A stretch of 58,858 nt of DNA from IMG/VR virus record IMGVR_UViG_3300025626_000030, positions 1 through 58,858 of that record; one strand, 5' to 3'. Source of the stretch: a virus (taxonomy: Duplodnaviria; Caudoviricetes). Under the pieces are notes generated by a model, which saw nothing but the letters and a program-made list of their open reading frames with translations, was not told the DNA's origin and did no database searches. The translations under genes and the position numbers were made by a program. Positions 45,299-56,100 of the stretch are shown here, one piece after another (the first letter of the stretch is position 1; each line of letters begins with the position of its first letter).

Positions 45299-47644
45299 AT
45301 GACAACGCAATATACTCCAATTCTAAAACTAGCCCTGCCAGTGCAGGGTGAACTTAGCGGTACGTGGGGAGATGTAGTAAACGACAACATAACCTCGATG
45401 ATCGAACAGGCTATTGCGGGACGACTAGTTATAAATACTTGGTCTAGTAACTCCCATGTTTTAACTACTGCTGATGGTACTACCGCAGAAGCTCGTGCAG
45501 CCATGCTGTCTTTAACTGATTCAGGTACTCAACTTAGTGCCGCAGGTACTGTAGTCTGTCCGGCTCTAAGCAAAACGTACATCGTTAAGAACGGCGCAGG
45601 GCAAATAATTACGGTTAAAACAGCTTCTGGTTCTGGTATTGCTATTCCTAACGGTAAGACAATGCTTGTGTACTGTGATGGTACCAACGTATTAGAAGGC
45701 GTAGATCACGTAGTTACGCTCTCTGCGGGCACGCTTACTATTACTGGACTTACTACTTTTGCATCTTTAAAAGGAGCTGACGCAACAACAGTTACGGGCA
45801 TTCTTGACGAAGATAACATGAGTTCTAACAGTGCTACTAAACTCGTTACTCAGCAGTCTGTAAAAGCGTATGTTGACGCTCAAGTTGGCTCTTTTGATAC
45901 TCTTGCTGAAGTTCTAGCTAGCGGTAATACTACTGGAGGCGCAGACATTGTTGCTTCTACGGATGACAAGGTTCAGTTCCGTGATGCCGCGATATATATA
46001 AACTCTAGCGCCGATGGTCAGCTTGATATTGTTGCCGATACTGAGATTCAAATAGCCGCTACAACTGTAGACATTAATGGTGCTGTAGCACTTAATGGTG
46101 CAGTTACTGGAGCTACTAACATTACATTAAGCGGTGAGCTTGATGCGGCTACAGGTGACTTCTCAGGCGCAGTAGATATTGACGGAGCTTTAGACGTAGC
46201 AGGAACAACTAACTTAGACGTTGTTGACATTGATGGTGCTGTAGACATGGCTACAACGCTTGCAGTAGCAGGCAATGTAGCTTTTAGTAGCGACTTAGAT
46301 GTAGATGGAACAACTAACTTAGACGTTGTTGATATTGATGGCGCTGTGGATATAGCGACTACTGCTCTTGTTACAGGTGTTTTGACCACCACTGCGGCTA
46401 CTGTGTTTAATGGCGGCTTTGCTTCCAATGCTGATTCTATTCTTGGTACTGATAAAAAGGTACAGTTCCGTGATGCCGCGATCTACATCAACTCAAGCGC
46501 AGACGGCCAGTTAGATATAGTCGCTGACACAGAGATTCAGATAGCGGCTACAACGATTGATATTAATGGTGCTATCAACGCAAGCGGTGAGATCATTGCG
46601 GCTAGTTTGGATATTAGTGGCAACATAGACGTAGACGGCACTACTAATCTAGACGTAGTAGATATAGACGGTGCTGTGGACATGGCTACAACCCTTACAG
46701 TAGGCGGCAACGTAGACTTTAACGGCGATCTAGATGTTGACGGCACAATAGAATTTGATGCTATATCAGGCACAGGCTCTGTAGCAATAACGGACATTGC
46801 TGATGAAGATGATATGTCTTCTAACAGCGCAACAAAACTAGCCACTCAACAATCTATTAAAGCCTATGTAGACTCCCAAGTAACTGCTCAGGATTTAGAC
46901 CTGACTGACGGAACTACAAGCATTTCAATCGACTTAGACTCAGAAACTCTAAGCGTACTAGGCGGCACTGGCGTAACCTCTACTGCAAGCGGAAATGGCG
47001 TGACACTCGCTATAGACAGCACTGTAACTACGCTTACAGGCTCACAAACTCTTACTAACAAGACCCTTACTTCTCCTGACGTAAACACTCCTGACATTGA
47101 TGGTGGTACTATAGATGGTACTGTAATTGGTGGGGCTACTCCGGCGGCAGGCTCGTTTACGACCGTAGGCGCTACAGGAAACATTACAGTTGGCGGCACA
47201 GTTGACGGCGTAGATATTGCTACCCGTGATGGTGTTTTGACTACCACTACTAACACCGCTAACGCTGCGTTACCTAAAGCTGGTGGAACTATGACTGGCG
47301 TAGCTGTTTTTGCAGCGGGCATTACAGAAGACGCTGTAACGCTTACCGGAACCTCTACAACTATTGACATCTCAGCCGCTACTAACTTCGTACACGACCT
47401 CACAGGCGCTACTACTTACACGTTTAGCAACCCAGCGTCCACAGGCAACGCCTCCAGTTTCACGCTCAAGATTATCCAAGACTCAACAGCCAGAGCAATT
47501 ACTTGGCCTTCTAGTGTTGACTGGGCGGGCGGTACAGCCCCTACGCTAACAGCGACTAATAACGGTGTAGATGTGTTTGTGTTCTATACCATTGATGGCG
47601 GTACAACCTACTACGGCTTTACGGCTGGTCAGGCGATGGCATAA
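45299..47644 (+). CDS. Tail fibre protein with internal repeats
   Basis: N-terminal SGTWGDVVNDN, repeated DVDGTTNLDVVDIDGAVD units, TQQSVKAYVD motifs, and a C-terminal WPSSVDWAGGTAPTLT domain. Confidence 0.8.
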   Translation: MTTQYTPILKLALPVQGELSGTWGDVVNDNITSMIEQAIAGRLVINTWSSNSHVLTTADGTTAEARAAMLSLTDSGTQLSAAGTVVCPALSKTYIVKNGAGQIITVKTASGSGIAIPNGKTMLVYCDGTNVLEGVDHVVTLSAGTLTITGLTTFASLKGADATTVTGILDEDNMSSNSATKLVTQQSVKAYVDAQVGSFDTLAEVLASGNTTGGADIVASTDDKVQFRDAAIYINSSADGQLDIVADTEIQIAATTVDINGAVALNGAVTGATNITLSGELDAATGDFSGAVDIDGALDVAGTTNLDVVDIDGAVDMATTLAVAGNVAFSSDLDVDGTTNLDVVDIDGAVDIATTALVTGVLTTTAATVFNGGFASNADSILGTDKKVQFRDAAIYINSSADGQLDIVADTEIQIAATTIDINGAINASGEIIAASLDISGNIDVDGTTNLDVVDIDGAVDMATTLTVGGNVDFNGDLDVDGTIEFDAISGTGSVAITDIADEDDMSSNSATKLATQQSIKAYVDSQVTAQDLDLTDGTTSISIDLDSETLSVLGGTGVTSTASGNGVTLAIDSTVTTLTGSQTLTNKTLTSPDVNTPDIDGGTIDGTVIGGATPAAGSFTTVGATGNITVGGTVDGVDIATRDGVLTTTTNTANAALPKAGGTMTGVAVFAAGITEDAVTLTGTSTTIDISAATNFVHDLTGATTYTFSNPASTGNASSFTLKIIQDSTARAITWPSSVDWAGGTAPTLTATNNGVDVFVFYTIDGGTTYYGFTAGQAMA

Positions 47645-48690
47645 TGGGTAGAGTTGCTGATAAACTTATTAAGGCTAAGACTGCTGCTGTTGCTGCTACG
47701 GTAGGCATTACAGGCACCCAGTCTACTAAACTTACGACTATAGATATTTCTGACCCCACTTCAATGTCTATTTTAGATACTAACACGGCAGGTCTTGAAA
47801 GCGGTGTTTTTAACGCGGCCATAGATGGTAACCAAGTGTATACAGCGGCGCAGAACAGTGATTCTGTTAATTCTTACGACTTGTCTAATCCTTCTGCTAT
47901 TAGCCACTCAGATACACTAACAGATAATACTAATCTAAACGGTGCTTATGGCATTGCTATAGATGCTGATAGAGATTTATTATTTGTGAGCGCACATGTA
48001 AGTAGTACAGACACGTTAAACTCAATCAACATATCTAACCCTGCTAGTCTAGTTATTAGAGACTCGTTAAAAGACGCTACTAATTTAGATTTTCCTTACG
48101 GCATAGCCATAGATACTACTAATGAAATTGTGTATGTTACATCTGTTTCGGACGATTCTTTAACCTCAGTAGACTACTCAGACCCAGATAACTTAGCAAT
48201 CCTTAGTAAGTTTGCAGATGCAGACATGGACGGAGCTAGAGATGTAGGTTTAGATTTAGCAAACAATCGTGCTTATGTCTGCGCTAATCTTGAAGACAGT
48301 ATTACCTGTGTAAATATTAGTAACCCTTCTAGCATGAGTAAAGTAGGTTCTCTTATTGATAACACTAATATTGACCAACCCTATGCTATCAAACTAGATT
48401 TAGCAAGAAACGTAGCATTTATGACGGCTATTGGCAGTGACAATTTTATTGCTGTAGATATTAGCGACCCCACAAACATGGCAGTTTTAGATACCATTAC
48501 ACATTCAAGTATTGCCAACCCAAGAGGCTTTGACATAGATTTAGTAGGTAATACTGCGTTTTTGTCAAATTTAGGCTCTAACTTTATAACGGCAGTAGAT
48601 ATTTCAGACCCTTCTAGTTTGTCCATAGCAGGCACCTTAGAAAGTTCTGCGGATATAGGTACTGGTTCTTTCTTTAAAATATTAAAATAA
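47644..48690 (+). CDS. LVIVD-like beta-propeller protein, probable receptor-binding subunit
   Basis: About eight repeats of a xxxIDISDPxS/N..L motif; AT-rich; sits between the fibre and its chaperone. Confidence 0.7.
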   Translation: MGRVADKLIKAKTAAVAATVGITGTQSTKLTTIDISDPTSMSILDTNTAGLESGVFNAAIDGNQVYTAAQNSDSVNSYDLSNPSAISHSDTLTDNTNLNGAYGIAIDADRDLLFVSAHVSSTDTLNSINISNPASLVIRDSLKDATNLDFPYGIAIDTTNEIVYVTSVSDDSLTSVDYSDPDNLAILSKFADADMDGARDVGLDLANNRAYVCANLEDSITCVNISNPSSMSKVGSLIDNTNIDQPYAIKLDLARNVAFMTAIGSDNFIAVDISDPTNMAVLDTITHSSIANPRGFDIDLVGNTAFLSNLGSNFITAVDISDPSSLSIAGTLESSADIGTGSFFKILK

Positions 48691-48701
48691 AAGGTAATAT
48701 T

Positions 48702-49151
48702 ATGCACGTTAAAATAGTAAGCGGCTCTGTAGATACGTTCCCATACAGCGTTAGTCAGCTTAAACAGGATAACCTTAATACATCATTTCCTAGTTCTTTA
48801 ACTGGTATAGACTTATCAAGTTGGGGCGTACAGACAGTTACAGTGTCTTCAAAACCTTCTGTCAACCATAACCAAAAAGCAGTAAGTGAGTCTGCGCCTA
48901 CGCTAGTGGACGGTATTTGGACTTTAGGGTGGACGGTAAGAGTTTTAACAACAGAGGAAATAGCACAGGAAGCTAAGAATGCCCGTAGTGATCGTGACGA
49001 ACTATTAGCGGATAGTGATTGGACACAGATTCCTGACAGCCCGTTAGACGACAGCACAAAGGCTTCTTGGGCTACGTACCGCACAGCACTACGAGATGTA
49101 ACTGAACAGTCTGGTTTTCCTACAGACATAACTTGGCCTACAGCGCCTTAA
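48702..49151 (+). CDS. Tail fibre assembly chaperone
   Basis: ARSDRDELLADSDWTQIPD...WATYRTALRDVTEQSGFP..ITWPTAP. Confidence 0.85.
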   Translation: MHVKIVSGSVDTFPYSVSQLKQDNLNTSFPSSLTGIDLSSWGVQTVTVSSKPSVNHNQKAVSESAPTLVDGIWTLGWTVRVLTTEEIAQEAKNARSDRDELLADSDWTQIPDSPLDDSTKASWATYRTALRDVTEQSGFPTDITWPTAP

Positions 49152-49171
49152 CTATACTTGGAGTAACAACA

Positions 49172-49375
49172 ATGAAATATTTATTATTAGCATTACCCTT
49201 GGCCCTTATGGGCTGCAACACCTTTAACGGCGCTGTTGACGGATCACAGCAAATTGTAGGCACTACTGTTGATTCAGCTCAGTCTATGGTTACGGATACA
49301 GCTAAAGGCGTTGGTGCAGGATCAGCTACGTTTGTTGAAGGTATTGCCACTGACATCCGCAAAGCGTCTGAGTAA
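49172..49375 (+). CDS. Small lipoprotein (entericidin-like)
   Basis: MKYLLLALPLALMG-C lipobox followed by NTFNG; GGAG RBS. Confidence 0.65.
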   Translation: MKYLLLALPLALMGCNTFNGAVDGSQQIVGTTVDSAQSMVTDTAKGVGAGSATFVEGIATDIRKASE

Positions 49376-49810
49376 ATGTTAGCCGAGATCACCGCCGCCA
49401 ATGCTGCGTTTAAGCTTATCAAAACTGCGCTTAGTAACGGCAAGGAGCTTTACGACTGTTCAGAAGCGGCGAAATCTTATTTTACTAACAAGAGCGCTAT
49501 AACCAAGCGCGTTGCTCAAAAAGGCAAGTCTGACCTCGATACTTTTATGGCCCTTGAGAAAATCAAAGAGCAAGAGGAATGGCTAAAGGACTATATGGTC
49601 TACGCTGGCCGAGCTGAGATGTATAGCGACTGGCTCAACTTCCAAAGCGAGTGCAAACGGGAGCGAGAGAGAGTCGCTAGGTTGGCTGTACTTAAACGCC
49701 ATGCCACACTAAAGCTAATTAAACAGTTTGTTACCGTTATAGGTATAGCGGTAGCGGTAATTCCCATAATGATTTACGTAGTAATACTTACGGCACAAGA
49801 GTACAAATAA
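49376..49810 (+). CDS. Hypothetical protein with a C-terminal transmembrane helix
   Basis: 144 aa helical protein with a hydrophobic C-terminus; in the lysis region. Confidence 0.6.
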   Translation: MLAEITAANAAFKLIKTALSNGKELYDCSEAAKSYFTNKSAITKRVAQKGKSDLDTFMALEKIKEQEEWLKDYMVYAGRAEMYSDWLNFQSECKRERERVARLAVLKRHATLKLIKQFVTVIGIAVAVIPIMIYVVILTAQEYK

Positions 49811-50016
49811 TGACCACAGTCAAAGAGATGGAAGTAAAACTAAACGGGCATGAAAAAGAGTGTGCCGTTAGGTATGCCAATATAGAAAAGCAATTAGACC
49901 AAGGCAATGCCAAGTTTGATAAAATTAACACTCGATTTGATGCTGTTGATAAGCGGTTGTGGCTTCTTTATCCCTTTGTGCTAGTTTCTCCTCTCGTAGA
50001 GAAGTTATTCCAATGA
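49810..50016 (+). CDS. Small coiled-coil membrane protein
   Basis: HEKECAVRY...coiled coil...hydrophobic tail. Confidence 0.6.
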   Translation: MTTVKEMEVKLNGHEKECAVRYANIEKQLDQGNAKFDKINTRFDAVDKRLWLLYPFVLVSPLVEKLFQ

Positions 50017-50390
50017 GTATATTAAACTCTTTAATAGCACCCGTAACTGGTCTTCTTGACAAGTTTATTCCTGATGCCGATACAAAACAAAAGATCGCGC
50101 ACGAACTAGCGACTATGGCCGAAAAGCACGGGCAGGAAATAGCACTAGCGCAAATTAAACTTAACACTGAAGACGCTAAAGGCAATTGGTTTCAATCGGG
50201 CTGGCGGCCAGCAACTGGCTGGATTTGTGTTGCTGGATTTGCCGTAAACTTCCTTATTTCGCCATTAGCTGCACCTTTAGGAATAACAATACCACAAGCG
50301 GATACCACGGTTATGTTGCCTGTATTGCTTGGTATGTTGGGTCTGGGTGGTATGCGCACTGCGGAAAGGATGAAGGGTAAAGGCAAATGA
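50013..50390 (+). CDS. Holin (3TM type)
   Basis: LLDKFIPD...FQSGWRPATGWIC...LLGMLGLGGMRT; start at MSILNS. Confidence 0.8.
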   Translation: MSILNSLIAPVTGLLDKFIPDADTKQKIAHELATMAEKHGQEIALAQIKLNTEDAKGNWFQSGWRPATGWICVAGFAVNFLISPLAAPLGITIPQADTTVMLPVLLGMLGLGGMRTAERMKGKGK

Positions 50391-50728
50391 AGTACTTCAA
50401 ACTCTCAGATTTTAACTGCCAACAGACGGGTAACAACGAGATGTGCGAGGATTTCTTGGTAAGACTTGATAACCTACGCGAGGCTTGTGGGTTTCCGTTC
50501 GTAATTACTTCGGGCTACAGAGACCCTAGACACAGCATAGAAGCACGAAAAGCTAAACCCGGAAAGCACAGTGAGGGCATTGCTTCAGATATACGTATCT
50601 CTAACGGTGCAGAAGGGTATAAAATAGTCTCTGAGGCAATGAAGGCTGGGTTTACTGGCATTGGAATTGCTAAGACATTTATCCATGTAGACGACCGAAA
50701 AACTACTCCGGTTGTCTGGTCATACTAG
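50387..50728 (+). CDS. Endolysin, peptidase M15A family
   Basis: ITSGYR...H..G.ASDI...FIHVD zinc-binding motifs; next to the holin. Confidence 0.85.
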   Translation: MKYFKLSDFNCQQTGNNEMCEDFLVRLDNLREACGFPFVITSGYRDPRHSIEARKAKPGKHSEGIASDIRISNGAEGYKIVSEAMKAGFTGIGIAKTFIHVDDRKTTPVVWSY

Positions 50729-50738
50729 TAGGTAACCT

Positions 50739-52574
50739 ATGCCCCTTAAAAAACTACAGCTAAAACCCGGTATTAACCGTGAGAACACCCGCTATACTAA
50801 TGAGGGCGGTTGGTATGAGTGCGATAAAGTCCGGTTTCGCCAAGGTCTGCCGGAGAAGATTGGGGGGTGGCAGCGTATATCTAACGCTACGTTCCTCGGC
50901 GTATGCCGATCTCTGTGGAACTGGGTTACCCTAAGTAGTCAGAACCTGATCGCCGTAGGCACTAACTTAAAGTACTACATTGAGAACGGTGGCGCTTACA
51001 ACGATGTCACACCATTACGTGCTACTGTAACCCTGACTAACCCGTTTGAGACTACTAGTGGTTCGCCTATAGTAGAAGTTACTGACGCCAACGGAGGCTA
51101 TATTGACGGGGACTTTGTTACGTTTAGCGGCGCAAGTGCTGTAGGGGGTCTCACTCTAAACGCCGAGTATCAGCTAACTGAAACTACAACAAACAACGTA
51201 TATACAATAGATGCAGGGACTAACGCCAGTTCAAGTGCTACAGGTGGCGGCACAGTAACGGCTGCCTATCAGATCAATGTTGGCCCTGCTTTTGCTGTCC
51301 CCCTAGTTGGTTGGGGGGCTTCAAGTTGGGGTGTCGGTGCGTGGGGCGTAGGTGACTCTTCTACTAATAGCCTACGTATATGGAGCCAAGCTAACTTTGG
51401 AGAAGATTTAATACTTGCTCCTCGGGACGGCTCTATATACCTTTGGGATGCCACAAACGGGGTAACCACTAGGGCAGTAGCTCTTACAGGTACGGAAGTA
51501 CCAACGTCACAGAAGCTAATCCTCGTGTCAGACGTTAATCGGTTTGTATTTGCTTTCGGTGCTAACGACCTCGGTTCTTCCCAGCCTAACCCTATGCTTA
51601 TTCGTTGGTCAGACCAAGAAGACGCTACTAACTGGTCACCTTCCTCTACTAACCAAGCGGGAGACCTCATACTATCTAACGGTACAGAGATTGTAGCTGC
51701 TCAACAGGCGCGTCAAGAAGTACTAGTATGGACAGACTCCGCTCTGTACGCGTTACAGTACGTTGGTGCTCCTGCCGTGTGGACTGCGCAGTCCGTTGGT
51801 GAGAATACATCTATTGCCTCGCAGAACGCTGTGGGTTGGGCTAATGGCGTGGCTTATTGGATGGGTCGAGATAAATTTTACATGTACGATGGACGTACCC
51901 AACCGCTCAAATGTGACTTACGAAGGTTTATATTCAACGACTTTAACACCCTACAGTACGAGCAAGTATTCTGCGGTACTAATGAGTCCTACCACGAGAT
52001 TTGGTGGTGGTATTGCTCCAGCAGTTCTAGCGTAGCCGACAAATATGTAGTGTATAACTATGTAGAAAAAGTATGGTACTACGGCAACATGAGTCGTACT
52101 GCATGGCTTGATTCGGGGCTAAGAGACTTCCCTCTAGGCGCTACGTACAGTAATAACCTTGTTAATCACGAGGAGGGCGTTGACGATAACGAAGGGGCGA
52201 CTACCGCTCCTATAGCGGCGTACATATCTTCCGCGCAGTTTGATCTGGAAGACGGGCATCAGTTTGCCTTTATTTGGCGTATCTTGCCGGACATTACGTT
52301 TGATGGGTCTGAAGTAGATTCTCCTAGTGCGACTATGACCCTGTTACCCCTACAAAGTTCCGGTTCAGGGTATAATAACCCCACTTCTGTAGGCGGTACC
52401 AATAGCGCAGGTATTACACGTTCGGCGATATTGCCGGTAGAGCAGTTTACAGACCAACTATTCATACGTGTACGTGGACGACAGCTAGCGATAAAGGTAG
52501 AATCTAGCGCAATAGGTGTTACTTGGCAGTTGGGTAGCCCTCGTATAGACATGCGTTCGGACGGGAGACGGTAA
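50739..52574 (+). CDS. Tail nozzle / tubular protein B (P22 gp10-like)
   Basis: KPGINRENT...VRFRQGLPEKIGGW...IRWSDQED...RVRGRQ...DGRR. Confidence 0.7.
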   Translation: MPLKKLQLKPGINRENTRYTNEGGWYECDKVRFRQGLPEKIGGWQRISNATFLGVCRSLWNWVTLSSQNLIAVGTNLKYYIENGGAYNDVTPLRATVTLTNPFETTSGSPIVEVTDANGGYIDGDFVTFSGASAVGGLTLNAEYQLTETTTNNVYTIDAGTNASSSATGGGTVTAAYQINVGPAFAVPLVGWGASSWGVGAWGVGDSSTNSLRIWSQANFGEDLILAPRDGSIYLWDATNGVTTRAVALTGTEVPTSQKLILVSDVNRFVFAFGANDLGSSQPNPMLIRWSDQEDATNWSPSSTNQAGDLILSNGTEIVAAQQARQEVLVWTDSALYALQYVGAPAVWTAQSVGENTSIASQNAVGWANGVAYWMGRDKFYMYDGRTQPLKCDLRRFIFNDFNTLQYEQVFCGTNESYHEIWWWYCSSSSSVADKYVVYNYVEKVWYYGNMSRTAWLDSGLRDFPLGATYSNNLVNHEEGVDDNEGATTAPIAAYISSAQFDLEDGHQFAFIWRILPDITFDGSEVDSPSATMTLLPLQSSGSGYNNPTSVGGTNSAGITRSAILPVEQFTDQLFIRVRGRQLAIKVESSAIGVTWQLGSPRIDMRSDGRR

Positions 52575-52768
52575 TGGCTGTAGACAATAATAGGTACAAC
52601 GTACCGTTTCGTGCCCCCGCGTTGCCCTACCCCCCAACAACGTACGATGCGCAGGCGTTTGAAGAGTTTAATAAAATACTGCGTATCTACTTTAATCAGT
52701 TAGATAACGCCCTACGAAATGCTGCGCTTGTCCAACAAGCAGAAGCTACTACTTGGTTTATAAGCTAA
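52574..52768 (+). CDS. Small tail-associated protein
   Basis: PALPYPPTTY...LRIYFNQLD; TAATG coupling. Confidence 0.6.
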   Translation: MAVDNNRYNVPFRAPALPYPPTTYDAQAFEEFNKILRIYFNQLDNALRNAALVQQAEATTWFIS

Positions 52769-53088
52769 TGGCTAATACTTACAAGAATGCAAAGCTAGAC
52801 CTAACTACTACTAACGTAACAGTTCTATACACTGCGGCTAGTCTTACTACAGGTATTGTTAAGTCTATTATAGTATCAGAAGATTCCGGTAATGCTGATA
52901 CTATAACGATTACTTTGACTAATGGTAGTACTGTTTACAGCCTGTTTAAAACAAAAGCTGTTGGCGCAAATGCTACTGTGGAGTTGTTAACAGCACCTCT
53001 AGTAATACAACCTACTGAGATATTAAAGGTGACCGCGACTACCGCCAATAGACTGCATGTAGTAGCCAGCATATTAGAAATTACATAG
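52768..53088 (+). CDS. Small virion structural protein
   Basis: MANTYKNAK...LHVVASILEIT; beta-rich; TAATG coupling. Confidence 0.65.
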   Translation: MANTYKNAKLDLTTTNVTVLYTAASLTTGIVKSIIVSEDSGNADTITITLTNGSTVYSLFKTKAVGANATVELLTAPLVIQPTEILKVTATTANRLHVVASILEIT

Positions 53089-53187
53089 GGCACCTAGGAA
53101 GAACTAAGGACGTAAGTTATGGGTAAAAGTAACAACCAAGTCAGCGCATCCTTCCAAGGCGTGTTAATTAAAAATTAGAGGTACCAC

Positions 53188-56100
53188 ATGTCAGGATATA
53201 ACAGGACGTCAGGGCAATCTTACAACTACAGTCAAGATGGCACTTTTACCGACCAGTATGGTAACGTAATTGGCACTACGGGAAATTCGCTAGACCGCGC
53301 ATACTACTACTGGCAATCTCGTGCAGGTTCTGGGGCTTTTACCCAAGTAGGAGAAGGTTTAGACCGGCCTGAATATGGCGACCGCTGGAAAGGACATTCT
53401 GAATATAACCCCGCTTACTCTTACTACAAAGCTATGGGTGTTCCTATACGTGATTTTTACTACGCAAGTGATTCCCATTCTGAAGCAGAAATAGAAAGCT
53501 ACGCCCAACTAATCGAAGAGTTTGAAGCAGGCCCAGTTAGCGTTGTGGGTTCTCCTGAGTATACCCGCGCCCAAGAGTGGTTCCGAGAGGCCGTACCTAC
53601 GTTAATTAGCAATACAAATGTAGCTCGGGATAACCTCGTAGACTACTTCGGTATGGAGAAAGAGTTAACCAAAATAGGATACAGCGAGGAAGAAATTGGA
53701 AAGGCGCTAAACAAGAGTAGAATGTCGCCTTACTCAGGGATGGCGTTTAGCACTGGGGCAGAAAGCGCAGGGTTTGCGGACGCGTACACTAAACTATTTA
53801 ACGAGGCAAAAATCTACGGGGGTATTACAGAAGACTTCCAAAAAGCTTACGACATAAAAGCTCCTGAGTACCACGACAAAAACTTTGCCCGACTAGTTTC
53901 CCTGAGTATGACCGACCCTCAAGCGTACCAAAGAGAGTACGCAAAGATGAACTTGCGAGACAAAAATGTCTACATGTTTAAAGCGTACGACAAGGGGTTG
54001 TTCGAGGACTCTGCCGAGCGCACTCGCCTAGAAGAAGCGGGAGTTGCCCCCGAAGAAATTAATAAACGTATCGAACTAGGTTCGATGAACAAGTATAAAG
54101 AAGTTATAGTTAGCAACTTGCACGAGTCGGGTAACTATGACGATGTGTATAAAAGACCCGCTACCGGAGATGCAGAACTTTTAGGTTTTGACGTTGCGGG
54201 GGGTGACCCTGAATCCGAGTGGGTAGTAAAGATGAAAGGCAACGCCTTTCAAGACGCTGGTGGCACTTCGGGCGGGCAGTATGGGTACCGAAGAATAAAG
54301 TTCTTCCCTGAAGAAACCCTCCGCGCTTCTGGGGTGTACGGCCCTGAGTCTAAGTACAACAACTATTTACAGTCTGAATCTAGCCTCGAAGAAAAGCTAG
54401 CCCGACAGTCAGTAGGAAAAATGGAAACCATTGGGGGTCTAGGGGAGTACGTAGACGTAAGCCCTGAAGACGAGGGCGCGCTGGAGGGGGTTGTTAACTT
54501 TGCAGATTTAGCCCTTTCATTATTTGTCCCCACGTATAACCTAATTAAAATCGGCGTAAACGCCGCTCAAGGAGAGACCCTACACTTGGCGGACTACATT
54601 TCTGCGGGTGTATCGGCACTAAAGGTATTTGACGTTATCGCAGCGCCTATGGGGGTGGAAGAAGCGGCGGAAGTAGGTGCGACAGCCTCTGCAAACGTAC
54701 TTGAAGCCGGAGGCACAGCAGCGGAAGCGGCAAGAGCATCAGAGCGGGCTATAGCCTTGGCATCAGCGGGCAAAGGACTTACCTTGCCGGGAATGTCCGA
54801 ACCGCTAACTTACGCGCAGACAGTAGGACTTGCTAACTCTATAACCGAGGGTAACCCTGCGGCGTTTATCCTAGGTACTTTTGGCGGAGATATGCTAGAC
54901 GCAGCTTTCGCTAAGTATGGAGTAGACCCTGCAAATCTCCCTGCGGGAGTAAAAGAAGGCATTGTTAAGGCCATAAGTAAAGTAGGGCAGGGAGAAGATT
55001 GGGATGAGGCTTTATCTTCTGGCGCGTACGCGTGGTTTAAAAGTTCCGACTTAGGAGATGGATTCTTAGGAGAACTTCAGCAGGTGGGTAGGGATATAGA
55101 TAGTACGTACTTGCAGCCCCTAAAAGATTCCCTTCCTGACCTCGGGGGGGTTGTGGGCGATTGGCCTGTGTGGGGAGAAATATCTGAGTCTACCGGCCAG
55201 CTAATAGACGGGTTCCAAGACATAATAGGTGGAATGAACGACTTAGTTCCGGGGATAACAGACTTTGCACAAGAAATAGCCAACAGTGTTTTGGAAGTGA
55301 TACCTACTGAAAGCATAGAAGAAGCTCTTAGCAAGATTGGTCAGATGACAGGCGGGGCGTTTAACGAGCTACCTGCCGCCGCTCAAGATGCCCTAGAAGA
55401 AGGACTTCAAAGCGCCATAATAGACGGAGAAGTAGACTCTCTTGCTATGGCCGAAGCCGTATCTGCCGCAGTAATAACTACTGATGCCATAAACGAAGCG
55501 TTCCCTGAAAGGCTAACTGACGTAGTTTCGGCTCGGATAATAACTAGTGCAGTCCGAAATTCAATAACTGCCGCTATGTCAGGAGGAGATGTTTCTGATG
55601 CGTTTGTACTAAGTATAGCTCAAGGGGCCGCTAACGCCGCTAAAAAATCCTTCCGCGAAGGAACTTGGAAAGACGATCTTAAAGGACTAGTGGACAGAGT
55701 AGAAGGAGACTATACAGACACAAACAACTTACGTGCTGACGTAGATAAAGGAGCTACTGACTATGCGACTAAAGCTAAAGAGTACAATGACCTTGTAACT
55801 GATATGAACTCAGAAGAAGCGGAAGTACTACGCTTATCGGAGAAAGCTGCCAGTACAGGGGCACAAGCAGATGAAGCGGCGTTTAACGCAGCCCGAGACG
55901 CTTTTCAAACAAAAGTAGTCGATACTTACGCCCCGCAACTAAGCACCATAGTACAAGACATAGATAGCATTAAAGTAAAGCGAGATGAAGATGTGAGTAA
56001 GTACACTGCATCTCTGGATAACTTAGATACGGCTACAGTACTGCTTAACGACAACTTAACTCCAGTGTACGCAGATATAGACAAGCTTGCCGTTGAAGGG

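Noticed and set aside
45299-48690. Diversity-generating retroelement or invertible tail-fibre switch
   Set aside because: No reverse transcriptase or invertase was seen, and the repeat copies differ at synonymous sites rather than specifically at adenines.
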